This document shows positions 12,101-26,900 of a DNA stretch of 64,000 nucleotides, piece by piece. The stretch's first letter is position 1, and every line of letters starts with the position of its first letter. The position numbers were made by a program, and so were the translations under genes. A model generated the notes under the pieces. It was not told where the DNA came from, did no database searches, and was given only the letters and a program-made list of their open reading frames with translations. Source of the DNA: the human T2T-CHM13v2.0 reference genome, Homo sapiens. The stretch is taken from the NCBI RefSeq assembly GCF_009914755.1, contig NC_060948.1. One strand, given 5' to 3'.

Positions 12101-15100
12101 TGGAATTGAATCGAAAGGAAAGGAAGCGAATGGACTGAAATGAAATGGAATGGAATTGAATGGAAAGTAATGCAATGGAATAGAATGGAACGAAATTTCA
12201 CGGAATGGAATCAAACTGAATGGAATCAAATCAATGGAATCAAATCAAATGGAATGGAAAGGAATTGAATGGAGTAGATGGGATTGGATGGGATTGGAAT
12301 GAAATGTACTGGAAAGGACTCGAATTTCATGAAACGGAATGGAATGAATTGGAACGGAATGGACTCGAATGGAATGGAATGTCATGGGATGGCATCAAAT
12401 GGAATGACATCAAATGGAATGGAATCGAATGCAATGGAATGCTATGGAATGGAATGGAATGCATTGGAATGGAATGTCCTCTAATGGAATGGATTCGAGT
12501 GGAATGGAATCGAATATAATGGAGTCGAATGAAATGGAATTGAAAGGAATGGGATCGAATACAATGGAATATACTGGAATATAACGTAATGAACTCGAAT
12601 GTAATTGACTGGAATGGAATGTACATGAATGGAATGTAATCGAATGGAAAGTAATCCAATGGAATAGAATCTAATGCAATAAAATCGACTCAGATAGAGT
12701 AGAATGTAATGGAATGGAGTGCAGTGCAATGGAATGGAATGGAATGGAATGCAATGGAATGGAATGGAATGGAATGGAATGGAATGGAATGGAATGGAAT
12801 GGGATGGAATGGTATGGAATGGATAGTAATGGACTGGAGTGAAATGGACTGGAAAGGAATGGACCCAAATTGAAAGGTCTCGAAAGGAATGGAGTCAAAT
12901 GGAATGGTCTGGAATGGAATGAACACGAATGTAATGCAACCCAATAGAATGGAATCGAATGGCATGGAATATAAAGAAATGGAATCGAAGAGAATGGAAA
13001 CAAATGGAATGGAATTGAATGGAATGGAATTGAATGGAATGGGAACGAATGGAGTGAAATTGTATGCAGTAGAAGAGAATAGAATGGAATGCAAGCGAAA
13101 GGAAAGGAATGGATTGGAATGGAATGGAATTCATTGGAATGGAAGGGAATGTAGTGTAATGGACAGGCCTGGAATAAAGTGGAATGCTACGGTCTCGAAT
13201 GGAATAAAAATGTATGGAATGGAATGCAATGAAACGGAATCGAATGTCATAGAATGTAATGGAATGCAAAAAAATGGAATCCAAAATCATTGACAGGAAA
13301 GGCTGGGTGTCGAAAGGAATTGACTCCAATGGAATGGAATCGAATGGAATGGAAGTGAATAGAATCGAACTAAATCGAATGGAATGGAATTGATAGGAAC
13401 GGAATGGAAAGGAATGCAATGATTTGGCATGGAATGGAATCGAATGGCATCGAATGGAATGCAATGGAATGGAATGTATTAGAATGTAATGAACTTTAAT
13501 GGAATGTACTCGAATGGATTCGACTGGAATGGAATGTTCTGGAAGTGAATGGACTCCAATGGAATGGATTCCAAAGGAATGGAATCGTACGGAATGGAAT
13601 CTAATGGAATGGAATTAAATGGAAATGAATCAAATTGAATAGCACGGAATTGAATTGAATGGAATGGAATGCAATGGAATCTAATGAAACGGAAAGGAAA
13701 GGAATGGAATGGAATGGAATGGGCTGGAATGGAAAGGAATCGAAACGAATGGAATGGAATCGAAGTGAAGAGACTGCAATGGAATGCACTGGAATGGAAG
13801 GTTCTCGAAATAAATGGAATCGAATGGAATGGAATTGAATGGAACGGAATAGTGTCGAATGGAATTGAATGGAATGGAATGGACTAGAGTGAAATGGAAT
13901 CGAACCACAAGGAATGGACAGGAATAGAATGGTCTCGAATTGAATGGAATCGTATGGAATGGCATCAAACGGAATGGAATGGACAGCCACGGAATGGAAT
14001 GCACTCGAATGCAATGGAGTCGAAACTAATGGACTGGAATAGAATGGACTCGACTGGTACGGACTCCAATGTAATGGAATCGAATGGAAGGGAATCGAAC
14101 GGAAGGGAATCGAACGGAATGGACTCGAAGGGAAAAGACTGCAATGGAAAGGTCTCGAATGGAATGGAAATTAATGGAATGGAATGGAATCGAATGAAAT
14201 GGAGTCAAAAGGAATGGAATCGAATGGCAAGAAATCGAATGTAATGGAATCGCCAGGAATTGATGTGAACGGAACGGAATGGAATGGAATCCAAAGGAAT
14301 GGAATAGAATGGAATGGAATCGAATGGAAAGGACTCGAATGGAAATCACTCGAATAGAATGCAATTTAATAAAATAGGATCAAATGTAATGGAATGGAAT
14401 GGAAAGGAATCGAAAGAAAGGAATGGAGACAGATGGAATGGAATGGAACAGAGAACAATGGTATAGAATGGAATGGAATCATCTGGAATGGAATTGAATG
14501 GAATGGAATAATATGAAATGGAATGGAATGGAATGGAATGGAATGCCCTTGAATTAAATGGACTGGAATGGAATGGACTCAAACAGAGTGGAATGGAAAG
14601 TGTGGAGATAGAATGGAATGAACTCCTTTGGAATGGTGTAGTATGCAATGCAATCGACTGGCAGGGAATCAAAAGGAATGTAATCGAATGGATTGGACTG
14701 GAATGCAATGGACTCGAATAGATTGGAAACGGAATGCAAAGGAATGGAATGGAATAGTATGGAATGCAATGGAAGGGAATGGAGTGGAATAGACTAGAGT
14801 GGAATGGAATGGACTGGAAAGCAATGGACTGGAATGGAACTTTCTTGGATGGACTGGAATCAAACGGAATGGAATGCAATGCAATCAAATGGCATGGAAT
14901 AAAATAGAATGAAAGAGAATCAAATGGAATTGAATCGAATGGAATCGAATGGATTGGAAAGGAATAGAATGGAATGGAATGGAATTGACTCAAATGGAAT
15001 GGACTAGAATGGAATGTATTCGAATGGAAGGCAAAGGAATGGAATCTATTGGAATGGACTGTAATGGAATGGAATGGAAGGGATTGGAATGGACTCGAAT

Positions 15101-15800
15101 GGAATGGACTGCAATAGAAAGGATTCGAATGGAATGAAAAAGAATTGAATGGAATAGAACAGAATGGAATCAAATCGAATGAAATGGAATGGAATAGAAA
15201 GGAATGGAATGAAATGGAATGGAAAGGATTCGAATGGAATGCAATCGAATGGAATGGAATCGAACGGAATGGAATAAAATGGAAGAAAACTGGCAAGAAA
15301 TGGAATCGAAATGAATGGAGTGTTATGGAACGGACTCAAAAGGAATTGAATGTAATAGAATGGAGTGGAGTGGACTCGAATATAATGGACTGGAATGGAA
15401 TGAAATCACATGGAATGGGAACGAATGGAATGGAATGGAAAGGAATGGAATCGAATGGAAAGGAATCGAATGGAAGGGAATGAAATTGAATCAACAGGAA
15501 TGGAAGGGAATAGAATAGACGGTAATGGAATGGACTCAAATAGAATGGACACGAATGCTCAAATTAAATGGACTCGAATGGAATGGAAACGAAAGGAATG
15601 TCATCGAATGGAATTGAATCGATTGGAATGAAATCGCATAGAATGGAGTGGAATCAAATGGAATTGAATCGAAAGGAAAGGAAGCGAATGGACTGAAATG
15701 AAATGGAATGGAATTGAATGGAAAGTAATGCAATGGAATAGAATGGAACGAAATTTCACGGAATGGAATCAAACTGAATGGAATCAAATCAATGGAATCT

Positions 15801-18800
15801 AATCAAATGGAATGGAAAGGAATTGAATGGAGTAGATGGGATTGGATGGGATTGGAATGAAATGTACTGGAAAGGACTCGAATTTCATGAAACGGAATGG
15901 AATGAATTGGAACGGAATGGACTCGAATGGAATGGAATGTCATGGGATGGCATCAAATGGAATGACATCAAATGGAATGGAATCGAATGCAATGGAATGC
16001 TATGGAATGGAATGGAATGCATTAGAATGGAATGTCCTCTAATGGAATGGATTCGAGTGGAATGGAATCGAATATAATGGAGTCGAATGAAATGGAATTG
16101 AAAGGAATGGGATCGAATACAAAGGAATATACTGGAATGTAACGTAATGAACTCGAATGTAATTGACTGGAATGGAATGTACATGAATGGAATGTAATCG
16201 AATGGAAAGTAATCGAATGGAATAGAATCTAATGCAATAAAATCGACTCAGATAGAGTAGAATGTAATGGAATGGAGTGCAGTGCAACGGAATGGAATGG
16301 AATGGAATGCAATGGAATGGAATGGAATGGAATGGAATGGAATGGAATGGGATGGAATGGTATGGAATGGATAGTAATGGACTGGAGTGAAATGGACTGG
16401 AAAGGAATGGACTCAAATTGAAAGGGCTCGAAAGGAATGGAGTCAAATGGAATGGTCTGGAATGGAATGAACACGAATGTAATGCAACCCAATAGAATGG
16501 AATCGAATGGCATGGAATATAAAGAAATGGAATCGAAGAGAATGGAAACAAATGGAATGGAATTGAATGGAATGGAATTGAATGGAATGGGAACGAATGG
16601 AGTGAAATTGTATGCAGTAGAAGAGAATAGAATGGAATGCAAGCGAAAGGAAAGGAATGGATTGGAATGGAATGGAATTCATTGGAATGGAAGGGAATGT
16701 AGTGTAATGGACAGGCCTGGAATAAAGTGGAATGCTACGGTCTCGAATGGAATAAAAATGTATGGAATGGAATGCAATGAAACGGAATCGAATGTCATAG
16801 AATGTAATGGAATGCAAAAAAATGGAATCCAAAATCATTGACTGGAAAGGCTGGGTGTCGAAAGGAATTGACTCCAATGGAATGGAATCGAATGAAATGG
16901 AAGTGAATAGAATCGAACTAAATCGAATGGAATGGAATTGATAGGAACGGAATGGAAAGGAATGCAATGATTTGGCATGGAATGGAATCGAATGGCATCG
17001 AATGGAATGGAATGGAATGCAATGGAATGGAATGTATTAGAATGTAATGAACTTTAATGGAATGTACTCGAATGGATTCGACTGGAATGGAATGTTCTGG
17101 AAGTGAATGGACTCCAATGGAATGGATTCCAAAGGAATGGAATCGTACGGAATGGAATCTAATGGAATGGAATTAAATGGAAATGAATCAAATTGAATAG
17201 CACGGAATTGAATTGAATGGAATGGAATGCAATGGAATCTAATGAAACGGAAAGGAAAGGAATGGAATGGAATGGAATGGGCTGGAATGGAAAGGAATCG
17301 AAACGAATGGAATGGAATCGAAGTGAAGAGACTGCAATGGAATGCACTGGAATGGAAAGTTCTCGAAAAAAATGGAATCGAATGGAATGGAATTGAATGG
17401 AACGGAATAGTGTCGAATGGAATTGAATGGAATGGAATGGACTAGAGTGAAATGGAATCGAACCACAAGGAATGGACAGGAATAGAATGGTCTCGAATTG
17501 AATGGAATCGTATGGAATGGCATCAAACGGAATGGAATGGACAGCCACGGAATGGAATGCACTCGAATGCAATGGAGTCGAAACTAATGGACTGGAATAG
17601 AATGGACTCGACTGGTACGGACTCCAATGGAATGGAATCGAATGGAAGGGAATCGAACGGAAGGGAATCGAACGGAATGGACTCGAAGGGAAAAGACTGC
17701 AATGGAAAGGTCTCGAATTGAATGGAAATTAATGGAATGGAATGGAATCGAATGAAATGGAGTCAAAAGGAATGGAATCGAATGGCAAGAAATCGAATGT
17801 AATGGAATCGCCAGGAATTGATGTGAACGGAACGGAATGGAATGGAATCCAAAGGAATGGAATAGAATGGAATGGAATCGAATGGAAAGGACTCGAATGG
17901 AAATCACTCGAATAGAATGCAATTTAATAAAATAGGATCAAATGTAATGGAATGGAATGGAAAGGAATCGAAACGAAAGGAATGGAGACAGATGGAATGG
18001 AATGGAAGAGAGAGCAATGGTATAGAATGGAATGGAATCATCTGGAATGGAATTGAATGGAATGGAATAATATGAAATGGAATGGAATGGAATGGAATGG
18101 AATGCCCTTGAATTAAATGGACTGGAATGGAATGGACTCAAACAGAGTGGAATGGAAAGTGTGGAGATAGAATGGAATGAACTCCTTTGGAATGGTGTAG
18201 TTTGCAATGCAATCGACTGGCAGGGAATCAAAAGGAATGTAATCGAATGGATTGGACTGGAATGCAATGGACTCGAATAGATTGGAAACGGAATGCAAAG
18301 GAATGGAATGGAATAGTATGGAATGCAATGGAAGGGAATGGAGTGGAATAGACTAGAGTGGAATGGAATGGACTGGAAAGCAATGCACTGGAATGGAACT
18401 TTCTTGGATGGACTGGAATCAAACGGAATGGAATGCAATGCAATCAAATGGCATGGAATAAAATAGAATGAAAGAGAATCAAATGGAATTGAATCGAATG
18501 GAATCGAATGGATTGGAAAGGAATAGAATGGAATGGAATGGAATTGACTCAAATGGAATGGACTAGAATGGAATGGATTCGAATGGAAGGCAAAGGAATG
18601 GAATCTATTGGAATGGACTGTAATGGAATGGAATGGAAGGGATTGGAATGGACTCGAATGGAATGGACTGCAATAGAAAGGATTCGAATGGAATGAAAAA
18701 GAATTGAATGGAATAGAACAGAATGGAATCAAATCGAATGAAATGGAATGGAATAGAAAGGAATGGAATGAAATGGAATGGAAAGGATTCGAATGGAATG

Positions 18801-20950
18801 CAATCGAATGGAATGGAATCGAACGGAATGGAATAAAATGGAAGAAAACTGGCAAGAAATGGAATCGAAATGAATGGAGTGTTATGGAACGGACTCAAAA
18901 GGAATTGAATGTAACAGAATGGAGTGGAGTGGACTCGAATATAATGGACTGGAATGGAATGAAATCACATGGAATGGGAACGAATGGAATGGAATGGAAA
19001 GGAATGGAATCGAATGGAAAGGAATCGAATGGAAGGGAATGAAATTGAATCAACAGGAATGGAAGGGAATAGAATAGACTGTAATGGAATGGACTCGAAT
19101 AGAATGGACACGAATGCTCAAATTAAATGGACTCGAATGGAATGGAAACGAAAGGAATGTCATCGAATGGAATTGAATCGATTGGAATGAAATCGCATAG
19201 AATGGAGTGGAATCAAATGGAATTGAATCGAAAGGAAAGGAAGCGAATGGACTGAAATGAAATGGAATGGAATTGAATGGAAAGTAATGCAATGGAATAG
19301 AATGGAACGAAATTTCACGGAATGGAATCAAACTGAATGGAATCAAATCAATGGAATCAAATCAAATGGAATGGAAAGGAATTGAATGGAGTAGATGGGA
19401 TTGGATGGGATTGGAATGAAATGTACTGGAAAGGACTCGAATTTCATGAAACGGAATGGAATGAATTGGAACGGAATGGACTCGAATGGAATGGAATGTC
19501 ATGGGATGGCATCAAATGTAATGGCATCAAATGGAATGGAATCGAATGCAATGGAATGCTATGGAATGGAATGGAATGCATTGGAATGGAATGTCCTCTA
19601 ATGGAATGGATTCGAGTGGAATGGAATTGAATATAATGGAGTCGAATGAAATGGAATTGAAAGGAATGGGATCGAATACAATGGAATATACTGGAATGTA
19701 ACGTAATGAACTCGAATGTAATTGACTGGAATGGAATGTACATGAATGGAATGTAATCGAATGGAAAGTAATCCAATGGAATAGAATCTAATGCAATAAA
19801 ATCGACTCAGATAGAGTAGAATGTAATGGAATGGAGTGCAGTGCAATGGAATGGAATGGAATGGAATGCAATGGAATGGAATGGAATGGAATGGAATGGA
19901 ATGGGATGGAATGGTATGGAATGGATAGTAATGGACTGGAGTGAAATGGACTGGAAAGGAATGGACTCAAATTGAAAGGGCTCGAAAGGAATGGAGTCAA
20001 ATGGAATGGTCTGGAATGGAATGAACACGAATGTAATGCAACCCAATAGAATGGAATCGAATGGCATGGAATAGAAAGAAATGGAATCGAAGAGAATGGA
20101 AACAAATGGAATGGAATTGAATGGAATGGGAACGAATGGAGTGAAATTGTATGCAGTAGAAGAGAATAGAATGGAATGCAAGCGAAAGGAAAGGAATGGA
20201 TTGGAATGGAATGGAATTCATTGGAATGGAAGGGAATGTAGTGTAATGGACAGGCCTGGAATAAAGTGGAATGCTACGGTCTCGAATGGAATAAAAATGT
20301 ATGGAATGGAATGCAATGAAACGGAATCGAATGTCATAGAATGTAATGGAATGCAAAAAAATGGAATCCAAAATCATTGACTGGAAAGGCTGGGTGTCGA
20401 AAGGAATTGACTCCAATGGAATGGAATCGAATGGAATGGAAGTGAATAGAATCGAACTAAATCGAATGGAATGGAATTGATAGGAACGGAATGGAAAGGA
20501 ATGCAATGATTTGGCATGGAATGGAATCGAATGGCATCGAATGGAATGGAATGGAATGCAATGGAATGGAATGTATTAGAATGTAATGAACTTTAATGGA
20601 ATGTACTCGAATGGATTCGACTGGAATGGAATGTTCTGGAAGTGAATGGACTCCAATGGAATGGATTCAAAAGGAATGGAATCGTACGGAATGGAATCTA
20701 ATGGAATGCAATTAAATGGAAATGAATCAAATTGAATAGCACGGAATTGAATTGAATGGAATGGAATGCAATGGAATCTAATGAAACGGAAAGGAAAGGA
20801 ATGGAATGGAATGGAATGGGCTGGAATGGAAAGGAATCGAAACGAATGGAATGGAATCGAACTGAAGAGACTGGAATGGAATGCACTGGAATGGAAGGGA
20901 GTGTAATGGAAGGTTCTCGAAAAAAATGGAATCGAATGGAATGCAATTGA
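15801..20950 (+). repeat. ~5.1 kb segment recurring at ~37145-42290 (offset 21344 bp, 6 monomers) and partly at ~44250-47360
   Basis: Shared rare alleles: GCATTAGAAT (~16021/37365/44468), TACAAAGG, GTGCAACGG, GGAAAGTTCTC, CTCGAATTGAATGGAAATT, GGAAGAGAGAGC, GTAGTTTGC, GCAATGCACTGG. ORF coordinates shift by a constant 21344. Boundaries are approximate. Confidence 0.85.
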
Positions 20951-23900
20951 ATGGAACGGAATAGATTCGAATGGAATTGAATGGAATGGAATGGACTAGA
21001 GTGAAATGGAATCGAACCACAAGGAATGGACAGGAATAGAATGGTCTCGAATTGAATGGAATCGTATGGAATGGCATCAAACGGAATGGAATGGACAGCC
21101 ACGGAATGGAATGCACTCGAATGCAATGGAGTCGAAACTAACGGACTGGAATAGAATGGACTCGACTGGTACGGACTCCAATGGAATGGAATCGAATGGA
21201 AGGGAATCGAACGGAAGGGAATCGAATGGAATGGACTCGAAGGGAAAAGACTGCAATGGAAAGGTCTCGAATGGAATGGAAATTAATGGAATGGAATGGA
21301 ATCGAATGAAATGGAGTCAAAAGGAATGGAATCGAATGGCAAGAAATCGAATGTAATGGAATCGCAAGGAATTGATGTGAACGGAACGGAATGGAATGGA
21401 ATCCAAAGGAATGGAATAGAATGGAATGGAATCGAATGGAAAGGACTCGAATGGAAATCACTCGAATAGAATGCAATTTAATAAAATAGGATCAAATGTA
21501 ATGGAATGGAATGGAAAGGAATCGAAACGAAAGGAATGGAGACAGATGGAATGGAATGGAACAGAGAGCAATGGTATAGAATGGAATGGAATCATCTGGA
21601 ATGGAATTGAATGGAATGGAATGATATGAAATGGAATGGAATGGAATGGAATGGAATGCCCTTGAATTAAATGGACTGGACTCGAACAGAGTGGAATGGA
21701 AAGTGTGGAGATAGAATGGAATGAACTCCTTTGGGATGGTCTAGTAGGCAATGCAATCGACTGGCAGGGAATCAAAAGGAATGTAATCGAATGGATTGGA
21801 CTGGAATGCAATGGACTCGAATAGATTGGAAACGGAATGCAAAGAATGGAATGGAATAGTATGGAATGGAATGGAAAGGAATGGAGTGGAATAGACTAGA
21901 GTGGAATGGAATGGACTGGAAAGCAATGGACTGGAATGGAACTTTGTTGAATGGACTGGAATCAAACGGAATGGAATGCAATGCAATCAAATGGCATGGA
22001 ATAAAATAGAATGAAAGAGAATCAAATGGAATTGAATCGAATGGAATCGAATGGATTGGAAAGGAATAGAATGGAATGGAATGGAATTGACTCAAATGGA
22101 ATGGACTAGAATGGAATGGATTCGAATGGAAGGCAAAGGAATGGAATCTATTGGAATGGACTGTAATGGAATGGAATGGAAGGGATTGGAATGGACTCGA
22201 ATGGAATGGACTGCAATAGAAAGGATTCGAATGGAATGAAAAAGAATTGAATGGAATAGAACAGAATGGAATCAAATCGAATGAAATGGAATGGAATAGA
22301 AAGGAATGGAATGAAATGGAATGGAAAGGATTCGAATGGAATGCAATCGAATGGAATGGAATCGAACGGAATGGAATAAAATGGAAGAAAACTGGCAAGA
22401 AATGGAATCGAAATGAATGGAGTGTTATGGAACGGACTCAAAAGGAATTGAATGTAATAGATTGGAGTGGAGTGGACTCGAATATAATGGACTGGAATGG
22501 AATGAAATCACATGGAATGGGAACGAATGGAATGGAATGGAAAGGAATGGAATCGAATGGAAAGGAATCGAATGGAAGGGAATGAAATTGAATCAACAGG
22601 AATGGAAGAGAATAGAATAGACGGTAATGGAATGGACTCGAATAGAATGGACACGAATGCTCAAATTGAATGGACTCGAATGGAATGGAAACGAAAGGAA
22701 TGTCATCGAATGGAATTGAATGGATTGGAATGAAATCGCATAGAATGGAGTGGAATCAAATGGAATTGAATCGAAAGGAAAGGAAGCGAATGGACTGAAA
22801 TGAAATGGAATGGAATTGAATGGAAAGTAATGCAATGGAATAGAATGGAACGAAATTTCACGGAATGGAATCAAACTGAATGGAATCAAATCAATGGAAT
22901 CAAATCAAATGGAATGGAAAGGAATTGAATGGAGTAGATGGGATTGGATGGGATTGGAATGAAGTGTACTGGAAAGGACTCGAATTTCATGAAACGGAAT
23001 GGAATGAATTGGAACGGAATGGACTCGAATGGAATGGAATGTCATGGGATGGCATCAAATGGAATGGCATCAAATGGAATGGAATCGAATGCAATGGAAT
23101 GCTATGGAATGGAATGGAATGCATTGGAATGGAATGTCCTCTAATGGAATGGATTCGAGTGGAATGGAATTGAATATAATGGAGTCGAATGAAATGGAAT
23201 TGAAAGGAATGGGATCGAATACAATGGAATATACTGGAATGTAACGTAATGAACTCGAATGTAATTGACTGGAATGGAATGTACATGAATGGAATGTAAT
23301 CGAATGGAAAGTAATCCAATGGAATAGAATCTAATGCAATAAAATCGACTCAGATAGAGTAGAATGTAATGGAATGGAGTGCAGTGCAATGGAATGGAAT
23401 GGAATGGAATGCAATGGAATGGAATGGAATGGAATGGAATGGAATGGAATGGAATGGGATGGAATGGTATGGAATGGATAGTAATGGACTGGAGTGAAAT
23501 GGACTGGAAAGGAATGGACTCAAATTGAAAGGGCTCGAAAGGAATGGAGTCAAATGGAATGGTCTGGAATGGAATGAACACGAATGTAATGCAACCCAAT
23601 AGAATGGAATCGAATGGCATGGAATAGAAAGAAATGGAATCGAAGAGAATGGAAACAAATGGAATGGAATTGAATGGAATGGGAACGAATGGAGTGAAAT
23701 TGTATGCAGTAGAAGAGAATAGAATGGAATGCAAGCGAAAGGAAAGGAATGGATTGGAATGGAATGGAATTCATTGGAATGGAAGGGAATGTAGTGTAAT
23801 GGACAGGCCTGGAATAAAGTGGAATGCTACGGTCTCGAATGGAATAAAAATGTATGGAATGGAATGCAATGAAACGGAATCGAATGTCATAGAATGTAAT

Positions 23901-26900
23901 GGAATGCAAAAAAATGGAATCCAAAATCATTGACTGGAAAGGCTGGGTGTCGAAAGGAATTGACTCCAATGGAATGGAATCGAATGGAATGGAAGTGAAT
24001 AGAATCGAACTAAATCGAATGGAATGGAATTGATAGGAACGGAATGGAAAGGAATGCAATGATTTGGCATGGAATGGAATCGAATGGCATCGAATGGAAT
24101 GGAATGGAATGCAATGGAATGGAATGTATTAGAATGTAATGAACTTTAATGGAATGTACTCGAATGGATTCGACTGGAATGGAATGTTCTGGAAGTGAAT
24201 GGACTCCAATGGAATGGATTCAAAAGGAATGGAATCGTACGGAATGGAATCTAATGGAATGCAATTAAATGGAAATGAATCAAATTGAATAGCACGGAAT
24301 TGAATTGAATGGAATGGAATGCAATGGAATCTAATGAAACGGAAAGGAAAGGAATGGAATGGAATGGAATGGGCTGGAATGGAAAGGAATCGAAACGAAT
24401 GGAATGGAATCGAACTGAAGAGACTGGAATGGAATGCACTGGAATGGAAGGGAGTGTAATGGAAGGTTCTCGAAAAAAATGGAATCGAATGGAATGGAAT
24501 TGAATGGAACGGAATAGAGTCGAATGGAATTGAATGGAATGGAATGGACTAGAGTGAAATGGAATCGAACCACAAGGAATGGACAGGAATAGAATGGTCT
24601 CGAATTGAATGGAATCGTATGGAATGGCATCAAACGGAATGGAATGGACAGCCACGGAATGGAATGCACTCGAATGCAATGGAGTCGAAACTAACGGACT
24701 GGAATAGAATGGACTCGACTGGTACGGACTCCAATGGAATGGAATCGAATGGAAGGGAATCGAACGGAAGGGAATCGAACGGAATGGACTCGAAGGGAAA
24801 AGACTGCAATGGAAAGGTCTCGAATGGAATGGAAATTAATGGAATGGAATGGAGTCGAATGAAATGGAGTCAAAAGGAATGGAATCGAATGGCAAGAAAT
24901 CGAATGTAATGGAATCGCAAGGAATTGATGTGAACGGAACGGAATGGAATGGAATCCAAAGGAATGGAATAGAATGGAATGGAATCGAATGGAAAGGACT
25001 CGAATGGAAATCACTCGAATAGAATGCAATTTAATAAAATAGGATCAAATGTAATGTAATGGAATGGAAAGGAATCGAAACGAAAGGAATGGAGACAGAT
25101 GGAATGGAATGGAACAGAGAGCAATGGTATAGAATGGAATGGAATCATCTGGAATGGAATTGAATGGAATGGAATAACATGAAATGGAATGGAATGGAAT
25201 GGAATGGAATGCCCTTGAATTAAATGGACTGGAATGGAATGGACTCAAACAGAGTGGAATGGAAAGTGTGGAGATAGAATGGAATGAACTCCTTTGGAAT
25301 GGTCTAGTAGGCAATGCAATCGACTGGCAGGGAATCAAAAGGAATGTAATCGAATGGATTGGACTGGAATGCAATGGACTCGAATAGATTGGAAACGGAA
25401 TGCAAAGAATGGAATGGAATAGTATGGAATGGAATGGAAAGGAATGGAGTGGAACAGTCTAAAGTGGAATGGAATGGACTGGAAAGCAATGGACTGGAAT
25501 GGAACTTTCTTGAATGGACTGGAATCAAACGGAATGGAATGCAATGCAATCAAATGGCATGGAATAAAATAGAATGAAAGAGAATCAAATGGAATTGAAT
25601 CGAATGGAATCGAATGGATTGGAAAGGAATAGAATGGAATGGAATGGAATTGACTCAAATGGAATGGACTAGAATGGAATGGATTCGAATGGAAGGTAAA
25701 GGAATGGAATCTATTGGAATGGACTGTAATGGAATGGAATGGAAGGGATTGGAATGGACTCGAATGGAATGGACTGCAATAGAAAGGATTCGAATGGAAT
25801 GGAAAAGAATTGAATGGAATAGAACAGAATGGAATCAAATCGAATGAAATGGAATGGAATAGAAAGGAATGGAATGAAATGGAATGGAAAGGATTCGAAT
25901 GGAATGCAATCGAATGGAATGGAATCGAACGGAATGGAATAAAATGGAAGAAAACTGGCAAGAAATGGAATCGAAATGAATGGAGTGTTATGGAACGGAC
26001 TCAAAAGGAATTGAATGTAATAGAATGGAGTGGAGTGGACTCGAATATAATGGACTGGAATGGAATGAAATCACATGGAATGGGAACGAATGGAATGGAA
26101 TGGAAAGGAATGGAATCGAATGGAAAGGAATCGAATGGAAGGGAATGAAATTGAATCAACAGGAATGGAAGGGAATAGAATAGACGGTAATGGAATGGAC
26201 TCGAATAGAATGGACACGAATGCTCAAATTGAATGGACTCGAATGGAATGGAAACGAAAGGAATGTCATCGAATGGAATTGAATCGATTGGAATGAAATC
26301 GCATAGAATGGAGTGGAATCAAATGGAATTGAATCGAAAGGAAAGGAAGCGAATGGACTGAAATGAAATGGAATGGAATTGAATGGAAAGTAATGCAATG
26401 GAATAGAATGGAACGAAATTTCACGGAATGGAATCAAACTGAATGGAATCAAATCAATGGAATCAAATCAAATGGAATGGAAAGGAATTGAATGGAGTAG
26501 ATTGGATTGGATGGGATTGGAATGAAATGTACTGGAAAGGACTCGAATTTCATGAAACGGAATGGAATGAATTGGAACGGAATGGACTCGAATGGAATGG
26601 AATGTCATGGGATGGCATCAAATGGAATGGCATCAAATGGAATGGAATCGAATGCAATGGAATGCTATGGAATGGAATGGAATGCATTGGAATGGAATGT
26701 CCTCTAATGGAATGGATTCGAGTGGAATGGAATTGAATATAATGGAGTCGAATGAAATGGAATTGAAAGGAATGGGATCGAATACAATGGAATATACTGG
26801 AATGTAACGTAATGAACTCGAATGTAATTGACTGGAATGGAATGTACATGAATGGAATGTAATCGAATGGAAAGTAATCCAATGGAATAGAATCTAATGC

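Noticed and set aside
15795-15805. DUX4-like site GAATCTAATCA created by a private variant
   Set aside because: It is a single copy with a mismatch in the first TAA half-site and is expected by chance.
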